The notes: generated by a model from the sequence alone, not told the origin. DNA of 62,049 nt, filler included, from 6 parts of 6 records of this genome joined end to end with filler, not necessarily neighbours in it, one strand, 5' to 3'. Numbered from the whole stretch's first letter, positions 12,088-23,502 are shown. Program-made: numbers and translations.

Positions 12088-13944
12088 TTACCAGCTATAA
12101 GTTGCACTCAAAGTGTATTGCTCGCCACGGCCAGGGGTGCCGGGGATTTCTTCAAATGATTCGCCCCATAAGTTATCAGCTGCGAGGGTGATAAATAAGT
12201 TATCAAGCGCTGACGGGGTTATCTTTAGCGTTAAGTGGGTAAATAACGCTTCATCATCGCCATTTCTTAATGAATTTTCATGTTGTTTACGCCATTCATT
12301 ATCTATTCTAAATTCCAGCAAATCCGTCGGTTGCCAAATTGCACCTAGGGTCGCGCGGTGATCAGGGAAATTTAACGCATAAAAACTAGCATCTATATCT
12401 GCTGCGCCATACGTTTCTGACTTATGCAGGTAAGTGTAACTGCTAATAAGTTCAACAGTATCAAAATGCTTAGTTGCTAAAAACTCAATACCTGCGGTGT
12501 CGATATCAACAGCGTTAGCTGCTCGGGCAGAGGTAGAGTCGAAGCTGTAAGTCCAATCAGTTAGATTGTCATCTTGGCGATAAAAAATCGCTGAATCTAA
12601 ACGCCAAGTAGATTCTTCAAGCAATAAACCCAGCTCTAGGTTCTGGGTGGTTTCGCGTTCAAGATCATAGTTACTTCTAAATAAACCACCTGATTCACTG
12701 CCGCCGATGGCTGTGTATCCGGCAACTTGGCTTGCCTGTGCATACGATAAGTACACTGTGCGCTCTGTGCCATCATTATTGAGGGTATGCCAAGCTAAGT
12801 CGCCAAGCAGTGAGAATTGCGAGTCGTCTCTGTTGGTATCGTCATATGCTGCGCCTAAGCGTATGGTCAGCAATTGGTTAGTATCAATGGCTGTTTTGTA
12901 TTCTGGTAACACGCTGAGCTTATAATAATTGCGTGAGGTAAAGTTATTCTCAAGGGTGGTAGATTCAATTGCATCTTCCATGTATTGCGCTGAGTAGTTT
13001 ATTGCAAACGAGTCACTGTTACTATGGCGCCCTGAAAGCGCGAGTGCTTTGACTTCTGTTTCATGAAACGCTTCAAATGCACTGGGATTTTCACGCGAGT
13101 AAATATAATGGTCGTTATTTTTACGATAATAAGCGGATACTTCAAAAGAGCTGTGTTTTGCATAGCCTTGTTTATGGTTAAGCATTAATAATTGCGTATC
13201 TAGATCTTCGGTTTCGTTCACTCCAAATGGCGTGTACAAGTTTGGCCAACCAAAAAACTTTTGCTGCGAGCCGTAAAATAAATCTGTTTGCGATTGCGGA
13301 CCAGTTAATTGCACACGGCCAGATGCCCGGGTAAAGTCATGATCGCCATTGTCTATGGTGCCGTCACTTTGCGAGTGCGCGTAGTCACCTTGAAAACCTA
13401 ACTGCCAATCAGGCTTGCCTGCAAGGGGCACACTGACTCCAGCATTGATGCTTTGTAAATTAAAGTCATTATTACCCGTACCTAATGACACACTGCCGCC
13501 AGTATTAATGGGGGTCCAGCCAAACGACACAGTGCCAACTGAACTATTCACACCATACAGGGCATTATCAACGCCAGTAAAAATATCGGCGGTATCAAGC
13601 ATCTGTGGTGCAATTGGAATTTCAGCAAAGTAATGACCTGATTGTGGGTCAAATAAGGTGGCACTGCCAACCCGAAAACCGGTGTTTTCAAAAATACCAC
13701 CACGAATAGTTACATCCGCTTGTGCTTCGGCCATATTACGCGATTGCAGATCAACACGCGGGTCGTATTCTAAATTTGAAATTGGCGCGGCAAAGGTACC
13801 AACGGGTTCATTATTTGCGGTTGCTGACACTTTTACTGTAATTTGTTCTATGTTGTCAGTGCTATTTTTTTCATCAGCCGCAAGTGCTGTGGTTGATAAA
13901 CTGCAAAAAATAGCAGGTAGGACTAGTTGTACTGTTTTTATCAC
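12088..13944 (-). CDS. TonB-dependent outer membrane receptor
   Basis: Signal peptide, TonB-box-like EQITV, plug (VDLQSR..QADVTIRGG), beta-barrel ending in aromatic YSW. Confidence 0.9.
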   Translation of the reverse strand: MIKTVQLVLPAIFCSLSTTALAADEKNSTDNIEQITVKVSATANNEPVGTFAAPISNLEYDPRVDLQSRNMAEAQADVTIRGGIFENTGFRVGSATLFDPQSGHYFAEIPIAPQMLDTADIFTGVDNALYGVNSSVGTVSFGWTPINTGGSVSLGTGNNDFNLQSINAGVSVPLAGKPDWQLGFQGDYAHSQSDGTIDNGDHDFTRASGRVQLTGPQSQTDLFYGSQQKFFGWPNLYTPFGVNETEDLDTQLLMLNHKQGYAKHSSFEVSAYYRKNNDHYIYSRENPSAFEAFHETEVKALALSGRHSNSDSFAINYSAQYMEDAIESTTLENNFTSRNYYKLSVLPEYKTAIDTNQLLTIRLGAAYDDTNRDDSQFSLLGDLAWHTLNNDGTERTVYLSYAQASQVAGYTAIGGSESGGLFRSNYDLERETTQNLELGLLLEESTWRLDSAIFYRQDDNLTDWTYSFDSTSARAANAVDIDTAGIEFLATKHFDTVELISSYTYLHKSETYGAADIDASFYALNFPDHRATLGAIWQPTDLLEFRIDNEWRKQHENSLRNGDDEALFTHLTLKITPSALDNLFITLAADNLWGESFEEIPGTPGRGEQYTLSATYSW

Positions 13945-14076
13945 TTTAAAATCTCTTTACGCTTTTATGTATACTGTGCGATAGCTATCGTTTTTTATAT
14001 ATTGCTGCATGAGCAAACACGCTATATCAGCGTATTATCTAATTAGGGCGCTATTGTATATGAATAAGAGAAAATT

Positions 14077-14095
14077 GCATTTGATAATCATTCGT
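14077..14095. promoter_or_regulatory. Putative Fur box
   Basis: gcatttgataatcattcgt matches 12/19 of GATAATGATAATCATTATC with an intact TGATAATCATT core; lies between the divergent TonB receptor and msrA. Confidence 0.6.
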
Positions 14096-14154
14096 AAAAT
14101 TCCCTTTTCATCGCCCGTTTTTTACGAACTTTTACATCATTAAGGTCTTAATAA

Positions 14155-14661
14155 ATGAATATACAACACGCTAAAAACCTTAATTTAGACTGTGTTTATT
14201 TTGCTGGTGGTTGCTTGTGGGGTGTACAAGAGTTTATCAAGCATTTACCGGGTGTGATCAGCACAGAAGCAGGGCGTGCCAATGGCACCAGTAGCAATAC
14301 CACGGGTGAATATGATGGTTATGCAGAATGTGTTCAGGTGGTTTTTGATACCGATAAAGTTGAGTTGAACACCTTGATCCGTTATTTCTTTGAAATTATT
14401 GATCCCTACAGTATTAACAAGCAAGGTGATGACGTAGGGCCCAAATACCGTACGGCCATTTACAGTAAACATCCAGCGCACCTCATCATAGCCCGTGACT
14501 ATATCAGCCAACGTGATGATACTGCTAAAATCGTAGTTGAAGTACTGCCGTTGACAAATTATGTAGCAAGCGATCCTGAGCACCAAGACCGCTTAACCAA
14601 TTACCCCGATGATTACTGCCATATTCCCCGGGATTTGCTGTATAAATATAAAGTCGAATGA
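14155..14661 (+). CDS. msrA: Peptide methionine sulfoxide reductase A
   Basis: YFAGGCLWG, EAGRANG, YAECV, DPYSINKQG.DVG.KYRTAIY, EHQD, YCHI. Confidence 0.93.
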   Translation: MNIQHAKNLNLDCVYFAGGCLWGVQEFIKHLPGVISTEAGRANGTSSNTTGEYDGYAECVQVVFDTDKVELNTLIRYFFEIIDPYSINKQGDDVGPKYRTAIYSKHPAHLIIARDYISQRDDTAKIVVEVLPLTNYVASDPEHQDRLTNYPDDYCHIPRDLLYKYKVE

Positions 14662-14685
14662 AGTAAACCTAAGTTTAGATACGAC

Positions 14686-14994
14686 CTAGCTGCTTGGCTC
14701 AGTGACTTTTTCATTTTTGCCAAAAAATATAATGAGTAGAGCGGCAAAAATCCCCACAAAACCAACTGTTGAAAATATTAGCTGATATTCACTGTATATA
14801 TTTAAGATATTCAAAATACTCGTCAGTAGTAATAACGTTATCCCCGTTATTTTTATGAGTGTTAGTTTTTTATTTAGACAAAACCATGCTTGGCATGAAG
14901 GACACTGCTTTTCAGCGTAAATACTGCCTTTGTTTATCTGTTTAATCTCTTTGATGTTAAATTTTTCTTGGCAGTGTGGACACGTTTGTTTCAT
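14686..14994 (-). CDS. Small Zn-ribbon membrane protein (CxxC..CxxC plus 2 TM helices)
   Basis: CPHC...CPSC followed by two hydrophobic helices; AAGGA RBS upstream. Confidence 0.7.
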   Translation of the reverse strand: MKQTCPHCQEKFNIKEIKQINKGSIYAEKQCPSCQAWFCLNKKLTLIKITGITLLLLTSILNILNIYSEYQLIFSTVGFVGIFAALLIIFFGKNEKVTEPSS

Positions 14995-15081
14995 TATTAT
15001 TCCTTTAATATAAGTTTTCCCAGTGTGGCCTTATAAGAAGTTGACGCTAAGTTAAAGCACTCTAAATCACATATTGGGCAC

Positions 15082-15109
15082 AAAAAAGCTCACTAAAAAG
15101 TGAGCTTTT
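15082..15109 (-). terminator. Intrinsic terminator after the DUF4136 gene
   Basis: aaaaaagctcact-aaa-agtgagctttt hairpin. Confidence 0.8.
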
Positions 15110-15128
15110 AAAAATTATTTATAGCAGA

Positions 15129-15677
15129 TTATTGTGCTAGTTTTTCAGGCGGGAAGCCAGAAAGAATAGTTGCAACCGCTTCTCTTACTGCTTCGTTACG
15201 TTCTTCAGGAGATTGCTTCTTCTGTAAACGACCCTCGCGTGCACCACGCCATACTAGTTGATTAGATTCGCGATCAACAACGTCTAAAATCAATGTACCC
15301 ACATCGTATTCATGAGTTGTAGTTTGCGTATTGTAGCCCATACCCCAGTAGTTCCAGCGTGCGCCATAACCTACGTTAAACGTATCAACATCAATTTTAG
15401 TATCTACAGACGCATGGTAGTTAAGTAATACGTCAGCGGCAGATAAATCAACAAGTGACATGCCTTGCGCTTGTAATTGTGTATTAACCGCTTCACGTAC
15501 ACGTTGTTCCATTAATGGACTGATTTGATAGTTACCTGCATTTGCAAGAGTAGCTTGTGGCATCCAAGCAAATGTTTTGTAATTACTAAAATCAACTGAT
15601 TTATCGTAATCAACATCAGGTGTTTTTGCACAGGCTGCTAGCATAAGCACTGCTGCGGCAATTAGTAAGTTCTTCAT
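15129..15677 (-). CDS. DUF4136 lipoprotein
   Basis: Lipobox LAAC, DYDKSVDFSNYKTFAW, YDVGTLILDVVD...LVWRG...FPP. Confidence 0.88.
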   Translation of the reverse strand: MKNLLIAAAVLMLAACAKTPDVDYDKSVDFSNYKTFAWMPQATLANAGNYQISPLMEQRVREAVNTQLQAQGMSLVDLSAADVLLNYHASVDTKIDVDTFNVGYGARWNYWGMGYNTQTTTHEYDVGTLILDVVDRESNQLVWRGAREGRLQKKQSPEERNEAVREAVATILSGFPPEKLAQ

Positions 15678-15818
15678 GTTTTTGCTCCTTGGCAAATTTA
15701 AGCTCTATTCATTTGATAACATAACATAAAAATAATTCAACGGAATGACATTTTTTACCTATTATATACAAACTGCTTGATTACAACTGAGTTTAGTCGT
15801 CTCAGGCTGAATGATAAA

Positions 15819-16703
15819 TTAATTTTCAGATGTCTCAGCCTGTTCATGCTCTACTTCTATCCAGTCTTTTTCATCGACCCAATTTTGCGCGCCGTCTTTA
15901 ACCGAACGAATGGGAACTATATAGTCACAACTAATTTGCGGTTTCACCGAGGCAAATATAGGCACAAACCCAAAGCTTAATGCTGTTTCGATAATCGCTT
16001 TTTGATTTTGCGGATCGATATCAGCTGCTTCATCAATGTAAATTGGAATACGGTATAAGTTTTGTTCTTGATCGCTTAATAGATAGCGAATAAACAACAT
16101 ACCGCACAATAACTTAATAGTGATCCGCGTACCATTTGAACCAGCTGAATCAATTTTTTCAAAGTGCTCAGTTTCGCCAGCGCGATTTACCACTTCAAAA
16201 CGAATATCAAATAAATCAGTTAAGGTTAAACCCGCTTTATCAGAGGCGAGTTTAATTAAGTGATCTTTGGCTTCGTTTACGGCACTTTCGCTATACGGTT
16301 CTTGGCTAAGTAAATCAAGCGTATCGCCTTGCTCAAACTGATTTGACGTGCTGATGATGGTATCAATACTATCCACTAACATCTTGCGTGGGATCACGTT
16401 AATTTTAAACGCTTGCAGGTTAGATATACGGTGCTGACTAATACCTTTGTTAAAGCTGTTCATCTCACGGCGCAGGCGGTCTAAATCTTCCCGCAGGCCT
16501 TTAATTGTCGCAGCTACTTCAGTCAATGCAACACGTGCTTGGCGTTCAACCGCGTCGCGTTCGTTATCAATATTATGAAACGCGCCAATGAGTTTTTGAT
16601 ATTTACTAAACTCGTCGTTTTCGTTATCAAATTTAGTAATACCGGCATTATAGATATGCAAATAGGTATTACGCACGTTGATATCAAAATTACGCAGCTC
16701 TTG
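15819..16703 (-). CDS. SMC-like ATPase of the MksBEF condensin family, C-terminal head; 5'-truncated
   Basis: Coiled coil, signature AGSNGTRITIK, Walker B/D-loop IPIYIDEAADIDPQNQ, then FGFVPIFASVKPQ; frame is open to the contig edge. Confidence 0.8.
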   Translation of the reverse strand, partial: QELRNFDINVRNTYLHIYNAGITKFDNENDEFSKYQKLIGAFHNIDNERDAVERQARVALTEVAATIKGLREDLDRLRREMNSFNKGISQHRISNLQAFKINVIPRKMLVDSIDTIISTSNQFEQGDTLDLLSQEPYSESAVNEAKDHLIKLASDKAGLTLTDLFDIRFEVVNRAGETEHFEKIDSAGSNGTRITIKLLCGMLFIRYLLSDQEQNLYRIPIYIDEAADIDPQNQKAIIETALSFGFVPIFASVKPQISCDYIVPIRSVKDGAQNWVDEKDWIEVEHEQAETSEN

Positions 16704-16704
16704 G

Positions 16705-16804
16705 NNNNNNNNNNNNNNNNNNNNNNNNNNNNNNNNNNNNNNNNNNNNTTAATTAATTAANNNNNNNNNNNNNNNNNNNNNNNNNNNNNNNNNNNNNNNN
16801 NNNN
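16705..16804. other. Artificial contig spacer 2
   Basis: N44-TTAATTAATTAA-N44. Confidence 0.99.
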
Positions 16805-16830
16805 AGAGAGAGAGAGAGAGAGAGAAAGAG
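16805..16830 (+). repeat. (AG)n microsatellite at the contig end
   Basis: agagagag... Confidence 0.9.
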
Positions 16831-16945
16831 ACAGCGACAGAGGCAGACACAGAGGCAGAGAGCTTTCCAGTTTCTCTGCAGGCGTCGGAAAGTGGAACAG
16901 GAAGGAAACGGGGGATAGGAGGAGGTGCTTAGTGAATTCGAAGAT

Positions 16946-19797
16946 ATGTCAGTGTTAAGGCTGCTCCGCTTCGTGGCCTTGTCTGCCCTGGCAAGCGTTT
17001 TTACCAATGCGCAAGACTTTAAGGTCGTTGAGATCGACTGGCGCGAGTTTGTGGTGCAGAAGACTGTCCAAGTCCCGACGAACAGCATCATCAAGTTTAT
17101 ATGGAACTCGGACAACAAGGACTACACAGTCACGGAGTTTCTCACGGAGGAAGACTGGCAGAACTGCGACTTTGGCACAAGCACGCTGCTTGCCTTAGAA
17201 AGTCCGTTTTATCTGATTCCGGACTCGGAATCGGACATTTACACCGGCGACTGGGAACCTAACAAATTCTATTACTTCGGCTGTGCAACCGGTAAGCACT
17301 GCCGCAACCGCGACATGAAAATCAAAGTGTACACGGGTGAGCTCCCGACCACCACCACGACGACCGTCACAACCACGTCCACCACGTCAACGACGACGTC
17401 CACAACTTCAGTGACACGCACAACGACCACATCATCATCCCGGACAACGACCACAACCACCACGACCACGACCACCACGCTTCCGCCAAACTTTCTCGTT
17501 GGCGTTGGGGCTGGGACTTGTGCCAGCGTGGATGGGTGTGGAATTGAGAGCGTAAAGCGGTGCAAGCAGGCTGCCACGTTGTTGGGTTTGTCAGATACCA
17601 CACCAAATATTGTGTCGCTCCCAGGAAAAGTGCCTGGCTGCTACTTGAATGCTTATGGGGACTTGACGTTCAACCAGCAAGTGTTTGCGAACACAAATGT
17701 TGGAACATCGGACCAGGTTCGTGTTGTTGGTTGCGCTTCTCGTCGATTGACACGTAGCTCTGCAGAAAGTGACTTCGAATATGTTGGTGCACGAATGGCA
17801 TTGACGTTTTGTGTTTTCGCGCCCGTGTGCTTGTACGTGATTGAATCCTTGTTGCTGTCCGTCCATTTCATGCGGCAGGACTTGCTGTGCATCGATTGCG
17901 GAGTGCGAACGTGCCCTTCGACGTGCTTTGGAGCCAGTTGCGACCTTTGGACCGAGCAGTACGCTATTTCCTGTTCAGAATTGGAGTCGGAGTACGAGTG
18001 TGAATGCGGTGGCTGCCTTTGCTGGTATGATGTGTACCGGTACGACGGAGGAGGCAGTGGCCAATCTCTCACCGAATGTGCAACCCCATGCGACCGAGTG
18101 CTTCTTGCTGGTGATGGGTATTGCGACGACGACAACAACGTGTGTGGTTGTGACTGGGATGGCGGCGATTGCTGCAGCCCAGAACTGCCAGTTTTGACGG
18201 ACTACTGCACGCGTTGCGCCTGCCTTGACCCTGAGTACTCCGACTATTGCGAGTTCTCGTGCGAGCTGCCGGCTCACCAAGGTGACGGGTTTTGCGATGA
18301 CGAAAACAATCATTGTGGGTGCGACTGGGATAGCGGTGACTGCTGCGGTCGCGCTGCTGAGTACGCGTTTTGCACGGATTGCGAGTGCTTGGACCCGAAC
18401 TTCGCAGGGGAAGCGTGCATGGGCGGATGTGAGCGCTCAGGCTGGCAAGGTGATGGAATTTGTGATGACGGCAACAACAACTGCGGGTGCGACTGGGATG
18501 GCGGCGACTGCTGTGGGACGGAGCCAAACTACAACTACTGTAAGTACTGCACATGCTTGGAGCCAAACTACTACATCGACAATCCGGTCACTGGGCGCTG
18601 TGCTGGCGCGTGCAAGAAGCCAGCGTGGAAAGGCGATGGTTTCTGCGATGATGGAAACAACAATTGTGGCTGCGACTGGGACTCTGGTGACTGTTGTGAC
18701 CTCGGTGCACACTACACGGCATGTGTGTACTGCAAGTGTGCCGATCTTTTTGACGTGCGGGAGTGCGACTCCACATGCCGGTACGACGATTGGCTCGGCG
18801 ACGGCATATGCGATGATGGAAACAATAATTGTGGGTGTGGCTGGGATGGTGGCGATTGTTGTGGAAACAACAACATGCAACATTGTGCCCGTGATTGGGA
18901 TGCAAACCACAAGACAGACCGTGACGCGTGTGAGTGTCTTGACCCGGACTACGTCCACACGGGGTGTGACGGTTACTGCCAATACCCAGCATGGAGCGGT
19001 GACGGTGTTTGCGACAGCAGTAACAACAACTGCGGATGTGATTGGGATGGCGGTGATTGCTGTGACCCAAGCTCGAGCTTTGAGTATTGCGTGGGGGACA
19101 AGGAATGTGATTGCTTGGACCACGACTCTGACACGGGCTGTGACGTTGGCTGCAATTTTCCTCGTTACCAGGGCGATGTAAGTCGTTGCTCGTTTGGCAA
19201 GTGCTTCGTATTTGCTGAACTGTTGTCTTTCGGACTGTAACCGACAGGCTGTTGCGAGAATGTTACCTTCGGCTGACGGTTTTCTTTGTGTGTACCCGAA
19301 TAATTGCTTGCGACCGCACATAGGGCTATTGCGATGACGAAAACAACGTCTGCGGATGCGACTGGGACGGCGGGGATTGCTGCTCCGGCTTGCTCACCTA
19401 CTGCACGGATTGCGTGTGCCTGGATCCAGAAGCAGGTAACTGCCATGGAATATGTGGGGCCCCTCGGTGGTACGGAGACCTTTATTGCGATGACATGAAC
19501 AACAACTGTGGTTGTGGTTGGGACGGTGGCGACTGTTGCGGCACGGAGCCGTACTATAACTACGATACCTGTGAGGAGTGCGAATGCAAAATGCCCGCTG
19601 GATGCGACAGCATGTGCGGGCATCGCGCGTGGACCGGTGATGGATATTGTGACGACGACAACAACAGCTGCGGCTGCAACTGGGACGAAGGAGACTGTTG
19701 TTCAGAGGAAGCAAACTACAACTTTTGTGTCGAATGTTCGTGCCTCAATCCGAAGTTCGGGAATTATTATGGCAGTTACTACAACCCTGGAAGCTAG
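16946..19797 (+). CDS. Secreted protein: phytocyanin/cupredoxin-like domain, Thr-rich linker, Cys-rich modules and 9 LNR(Notch)-like repeats; exons 16946-17716, 17879-19177, 19324-19797
   Basis: Signal peptide MSVLRLLRFVALSALASVFTNA; YYFGCATGKHC..MKIKV; poly-Thr; nine GDxxCD..NN.CGC.WD.GDCC units. Intron 19178-19323 (gtaagt..tag) splits repeat 7 cleanly (GD|GYCDD). Confidence 0.85.
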
Positions 19798-20002
19798 CCA
19801 ATTCAGCTGGAGAGAGAGGTTGTGTGTGTTTTGGGAGTAAAACTTTTAACCAAACGTGTGACTATCAATCGTCGATGATGGTTCGAAGTTTGACGCCGGG
19901 GCTTGCTGCGCCACTAACTCACTCCTGCTTGTCGTGAATCCACAAAGCGGCGTACTTGATCAGGTTCGCATTCGCAAGACTGGACAAAAAAGCCCGTCGA
20001 GC

Positions 20003-23000
20003 TCAATCAAACTCGACGATGACTTCGTCCAACGATAGAACGGCCCCAGCGTCTGCAAGAATAGCTTTGACCGTCCCCTTCTTTTCGGCACGCAAGATGT
20101 TTTGCATTTTCATTGCCTATCGAGGAGGAGGTAAGGAGATGAACAGAGTGACACACAGGCACACACACCCCGATGAAAACGGAACGAAACGCAAGCAGCT
20201 CTCAAACAGTGAGCAAGAGACAAGTACGCCGAACACACAGCACTGATGTGGAGGTCAAGCACAGGATACAGCAACTCCACAGCAACATCACATTGGCCTT
20301 GACAAACCTCGACAACGGCAATTTCCTGACCGCTCTCAACCGTGTCTCCAACGTTGACAGACAAAGAAATCAGGGTCCCTTCGCGCAGGCAAGGGCGGTT
20401 AGAAACATTTAAAACCATAAATATGTATACTTAGTGGCAAGTAAGTCGCAAGGCATCTCATTGAATAAAGCGTGACACACCTGGCATTGGCGTCATGCAG
20501 AACTTGGACGTGTCGACGGGCACCTTCGGGATCATGAACTTGGAATACTGTTGTTGCTTTTCTGTGCGGACGGACAGGTTGTACGTATTGCCCAGGAACT
20601 TCAGCTTCACACCCTGTTGTATTGCAAAGAGAAGCCGTCAGCCCGCGATCCATCCAACAACAAGGAAGTTTGGCGGGGAGGGGAACCCACCACTTCGTGA
20701 GCATTGCGAACACATGGGTTGTGAAACGTACATTATCCAGCATGTCCAAGAATTGCGAAACGAGTGGCCCAACGGCACCCTTGTCGTTGGACGCAATGGC
20801 TTCGAAGAGCGAGTTGTGTGCCTGGAAGGCGACATCGTTAAGCTCCATGGTGGACTCGTCCGAGAAAGTCAGGAGGACACCGTTGGAGCCATTGGGAGCA
20901 ACGTGTACCTGCACAGAAACCGCAAGCAGGACGCTCAATTGAGTGCGATGTACGTAGCGTATCGAAGTGTGAAATTCAACCACTCGAGGCGAGCGTACAA
21001 AATAACTAGCGCACCTTTTGCATCGTGTCGTCGGTCACACCACAGTAGAGGACCTGTGGATCGATGGCGCTGACATCCCCGCGCGTTTTCGAGAGCACCA
21101 TGGTAGCAGCCACTCCAGCCAGCTCCCGCTGGCGAAGCTCTGTCAACTGAATTTTTGGGGACAGGAATATTACCAAGGATGTGAGAGTGTTGCACGCTGA
21201 CCGAGGAAGTGAGGCATTCCCGAACCAACAGGGGATTCCGCTACACAGGACGATTTTGGGCAACGCACCTCAATCCCATGGAAACCATTCTTGTATTCAT
21301 TGTCAAGAAAGTCTGTTGTGAGCCGCCCAGCGACAAAGTCAGGGTGTTCGTAGAGAGCCCGCAAGAAGCAAATCTGCAAATAAATACCCCGAACCAAAAA
21401 GCGCAATCTTGAGTTTTTCACAAGGAGAGGAAGAAGAGGCGACAAGAGACAAAGTTCAATCGGCGAACTTCGACAGGGTGACGGGCGACCACGGGTTGCA
21501 GTGACATGACCAAACGCACATTGTCGTTGAGCCCACGAATGACGTAGTGATCAAGAGAATGGCACATAAGGTCAATGGCCTTTTGGCGACTCTCACGCTC
21601 TTTGCCAGGCCCGCTGTTAGCAAACGTGATGAGCTTACTGATCATCGGGTCGTAGTGCATTGAAATTTCGCTGCCCTCAAACACTCCGCTGTCGCAGCGC
21701 ACGCGTTGCTCCTCAGCAGTCACGCCTTCTGGGACGAGTGCGCTCGTGGGCTCAAGGTACCGCTGCAAATTGCCGATGGATGGAAGGAAGCCACGCAGCG
21801 GGTCTTCTGCGTAAACACGCGACTCAAAAGACCATCCTTTAAAGGGCACAGACCAGCACTTTTTGTCTTGGAATTCTTGGCTTCCTTCGGCATGGCGCAA
21901 ATGATCCGGGAGCTTGTTTCCCGCAGCCACGCGCAACATGAGTTCGACAAGGTCTTCGCCGGTCACTTCTTCTGACACTGGGTGCTCCACCTGCAGGCGC
22001 GTGTTCATCTCAAGGAAGTAGAAATTTTGGTCGTTGTCAGCGAGGAACTCCACTGTTCCGGCGGTGTGGTATCCGACCTTCTGGCAGAGGTCTGCAGCCT
22101 GTTGCTGCATTTTGAGGCGGGTCTCCTCTGACAGCAGCACAGAAGGAGATTCCTCGATGACCTTTTGCTTTCGGCGTTGAATAGAGCACTCACGTTCCGG
22201 GAAGCAAGCGACGTTGCCGAACTTGTCAGCGATCACCTGTTGAGAAGGCCATTCAGACAGTGAGAACGGTAGCCGACAGCACGCAGCGAGGTGGAACGCA
22301 CACACGCCAACCCGGACGAGGACAAAGGAGGAGGGGGTCATGATGGCGGTATTGTTGGGGATGGGGGTAGCCGCGCAGAGTTTGTGGCGCATGACATACT
22401 GCCTGCAGGCGCGCAACAATCAAACCTGAATCTCGATGTGGCGCCCGTCTGTGGGGCACACAAAGTGTTGCAACAACATGCGGTCATCCCCAAACGAAGA
22501 CTTTGCCTCTTCGCGCGCAAGACGGAAGCCGTCAGCCAGCTCACCCTCTGACCAGGCCACACGCATGCCTTTGCCACCACCACCAGCGCTGGCTTTCATG
22601 ATAACTGGGTAGCCGATGTCCCGGGCCAGTTCCAGTGCGTGGCCAACATCCCGCACTTCGCCGTCATACCGCGGCGCGCAGGACACACCTGCTTCTTGGG
22701 CGAGGCGCATGCTCATGATCTTGTCACCCATTGACCAGATGGCTTCAGGGCTCGGGCCCACAAACTCCACGCCAATACTTTGAAGAGCTTTGGCGAAGTT
22801 GCGGTTCTCGGAGAGGAAGCCGTAGCCCGGGTGCACGGCCTCAGCCCCCGAGCGCTTGACAATATCGATGACCTTGTCAATGTTCAGGTAACTTTGGTTC
22901 GAAGGTGCAGGCCCAACGCAGTAGGCTTCGTCTGCCATGCGCACGTGCTTGGCATCCGCGTCAGCCTCGGAGTAGATTGCGACAGTCTTGATGCCGAGTT

Positions 23001-23055
23001 TCTTGCACGACTTGATCACACGGCAAGAAATTTCGCCACGGTTGGCAATCAGAAC
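20003..23055 (-). CDS. PCCA: Propionyl-CoA carboxylase alpha chain (biotin carboxylase plus biotinyl domain); multi-exon, first exon missing
   Basis: [84 protein letters not shown]; biotin motif E|AMKM split by an intron. Introns include 22237-22425 and 21374-21519. Confidence 0.9.
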
Positions 23056-23250
23056 CTAGCGAGGGGCAGACACGACACACCGCCACAAGGGCAACAACAA
23101 CAACAAGCGTGAAACAGTGAGTGTGTGAGACATTCACCCCGTGCACAACATCATCGACAAGAGCCGATACTACAAGGCACACAGCGATAGTCGAGTTCAC
23201 AGCAACCACCCAGCCAGCCACCAAGGCACACATTGAGAGAGTGCCGTGAG

Positions 23251-23279
23251 GCGTGTGCGTGTGCGTGTGCGTGTGCGTG
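23251..23279 (+). repeat. (GCGTGT)n microsatellite at the contig end
   Basis: gcgtgtgcgtgtgcgtgt... Confidence 0.9.
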
Positions 23280-23379
23280 NNNNNNNNNNNNNNNNNNNNN
23301 NNNNNNNNNNNNNNNNNNNNNNNTTAATTAATTAANNNNNNNNNNNNNNNNNNNNNNNNNNNNNNNNNNNNNNNNNNNN
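23280..23379. other. Artificial contig spacer 3
   Basis: N44-TTAATTAATTAA-N44. Confidence 0.99.
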
Positions 23380-23502
23380 GAACATCATCTCGCCTTTGCG
23401 CATGGTCGAGGCGTTCTCGATCTCAAGCTCTTCGGCCATGGACAGCAGATCCTTTGGGCTTTTTGCCTTGAGATCGGCCAGATCCAGTTTTTCGATTTCC
23501 AT
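23380..23502 (-). CDS. rho: Transcription termination factor Rho, N-terminal 41 codons (truncated by the contig end)
   Basis: Hand translation MEIEKLDLADLKAKSPKDLLSMAEELEIENASTMRKGEMMF; GAGGAG RBS; absent from the ORF track. Confidence 0.92.

Noticed and set aside
13945-14154. Cobalamin riboswitch before the TonB receptor
   Set aside because: No B12-box motifs are visible; the leader is AT-rich and has a Fur-like box instead.
14662-15080. Integron cassette around the Zn-ribbon gene
   Set aside because: No convincing attC with paired RYYYAAC/GTTRRRY ends and no integrase.
16539-17118. ORF-track entries running into N runs (also 10523-11731)
   Set aside because: Their ends are created by the linker's stop codons.
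16925-19240. 771-aa ORF with an apparent internal TM segment
   Set aside because: The hydrophobic stretch lies in a probable in-frame 162-nt intron (17717-17878), and the ORF end runs into intron 19178-19323.
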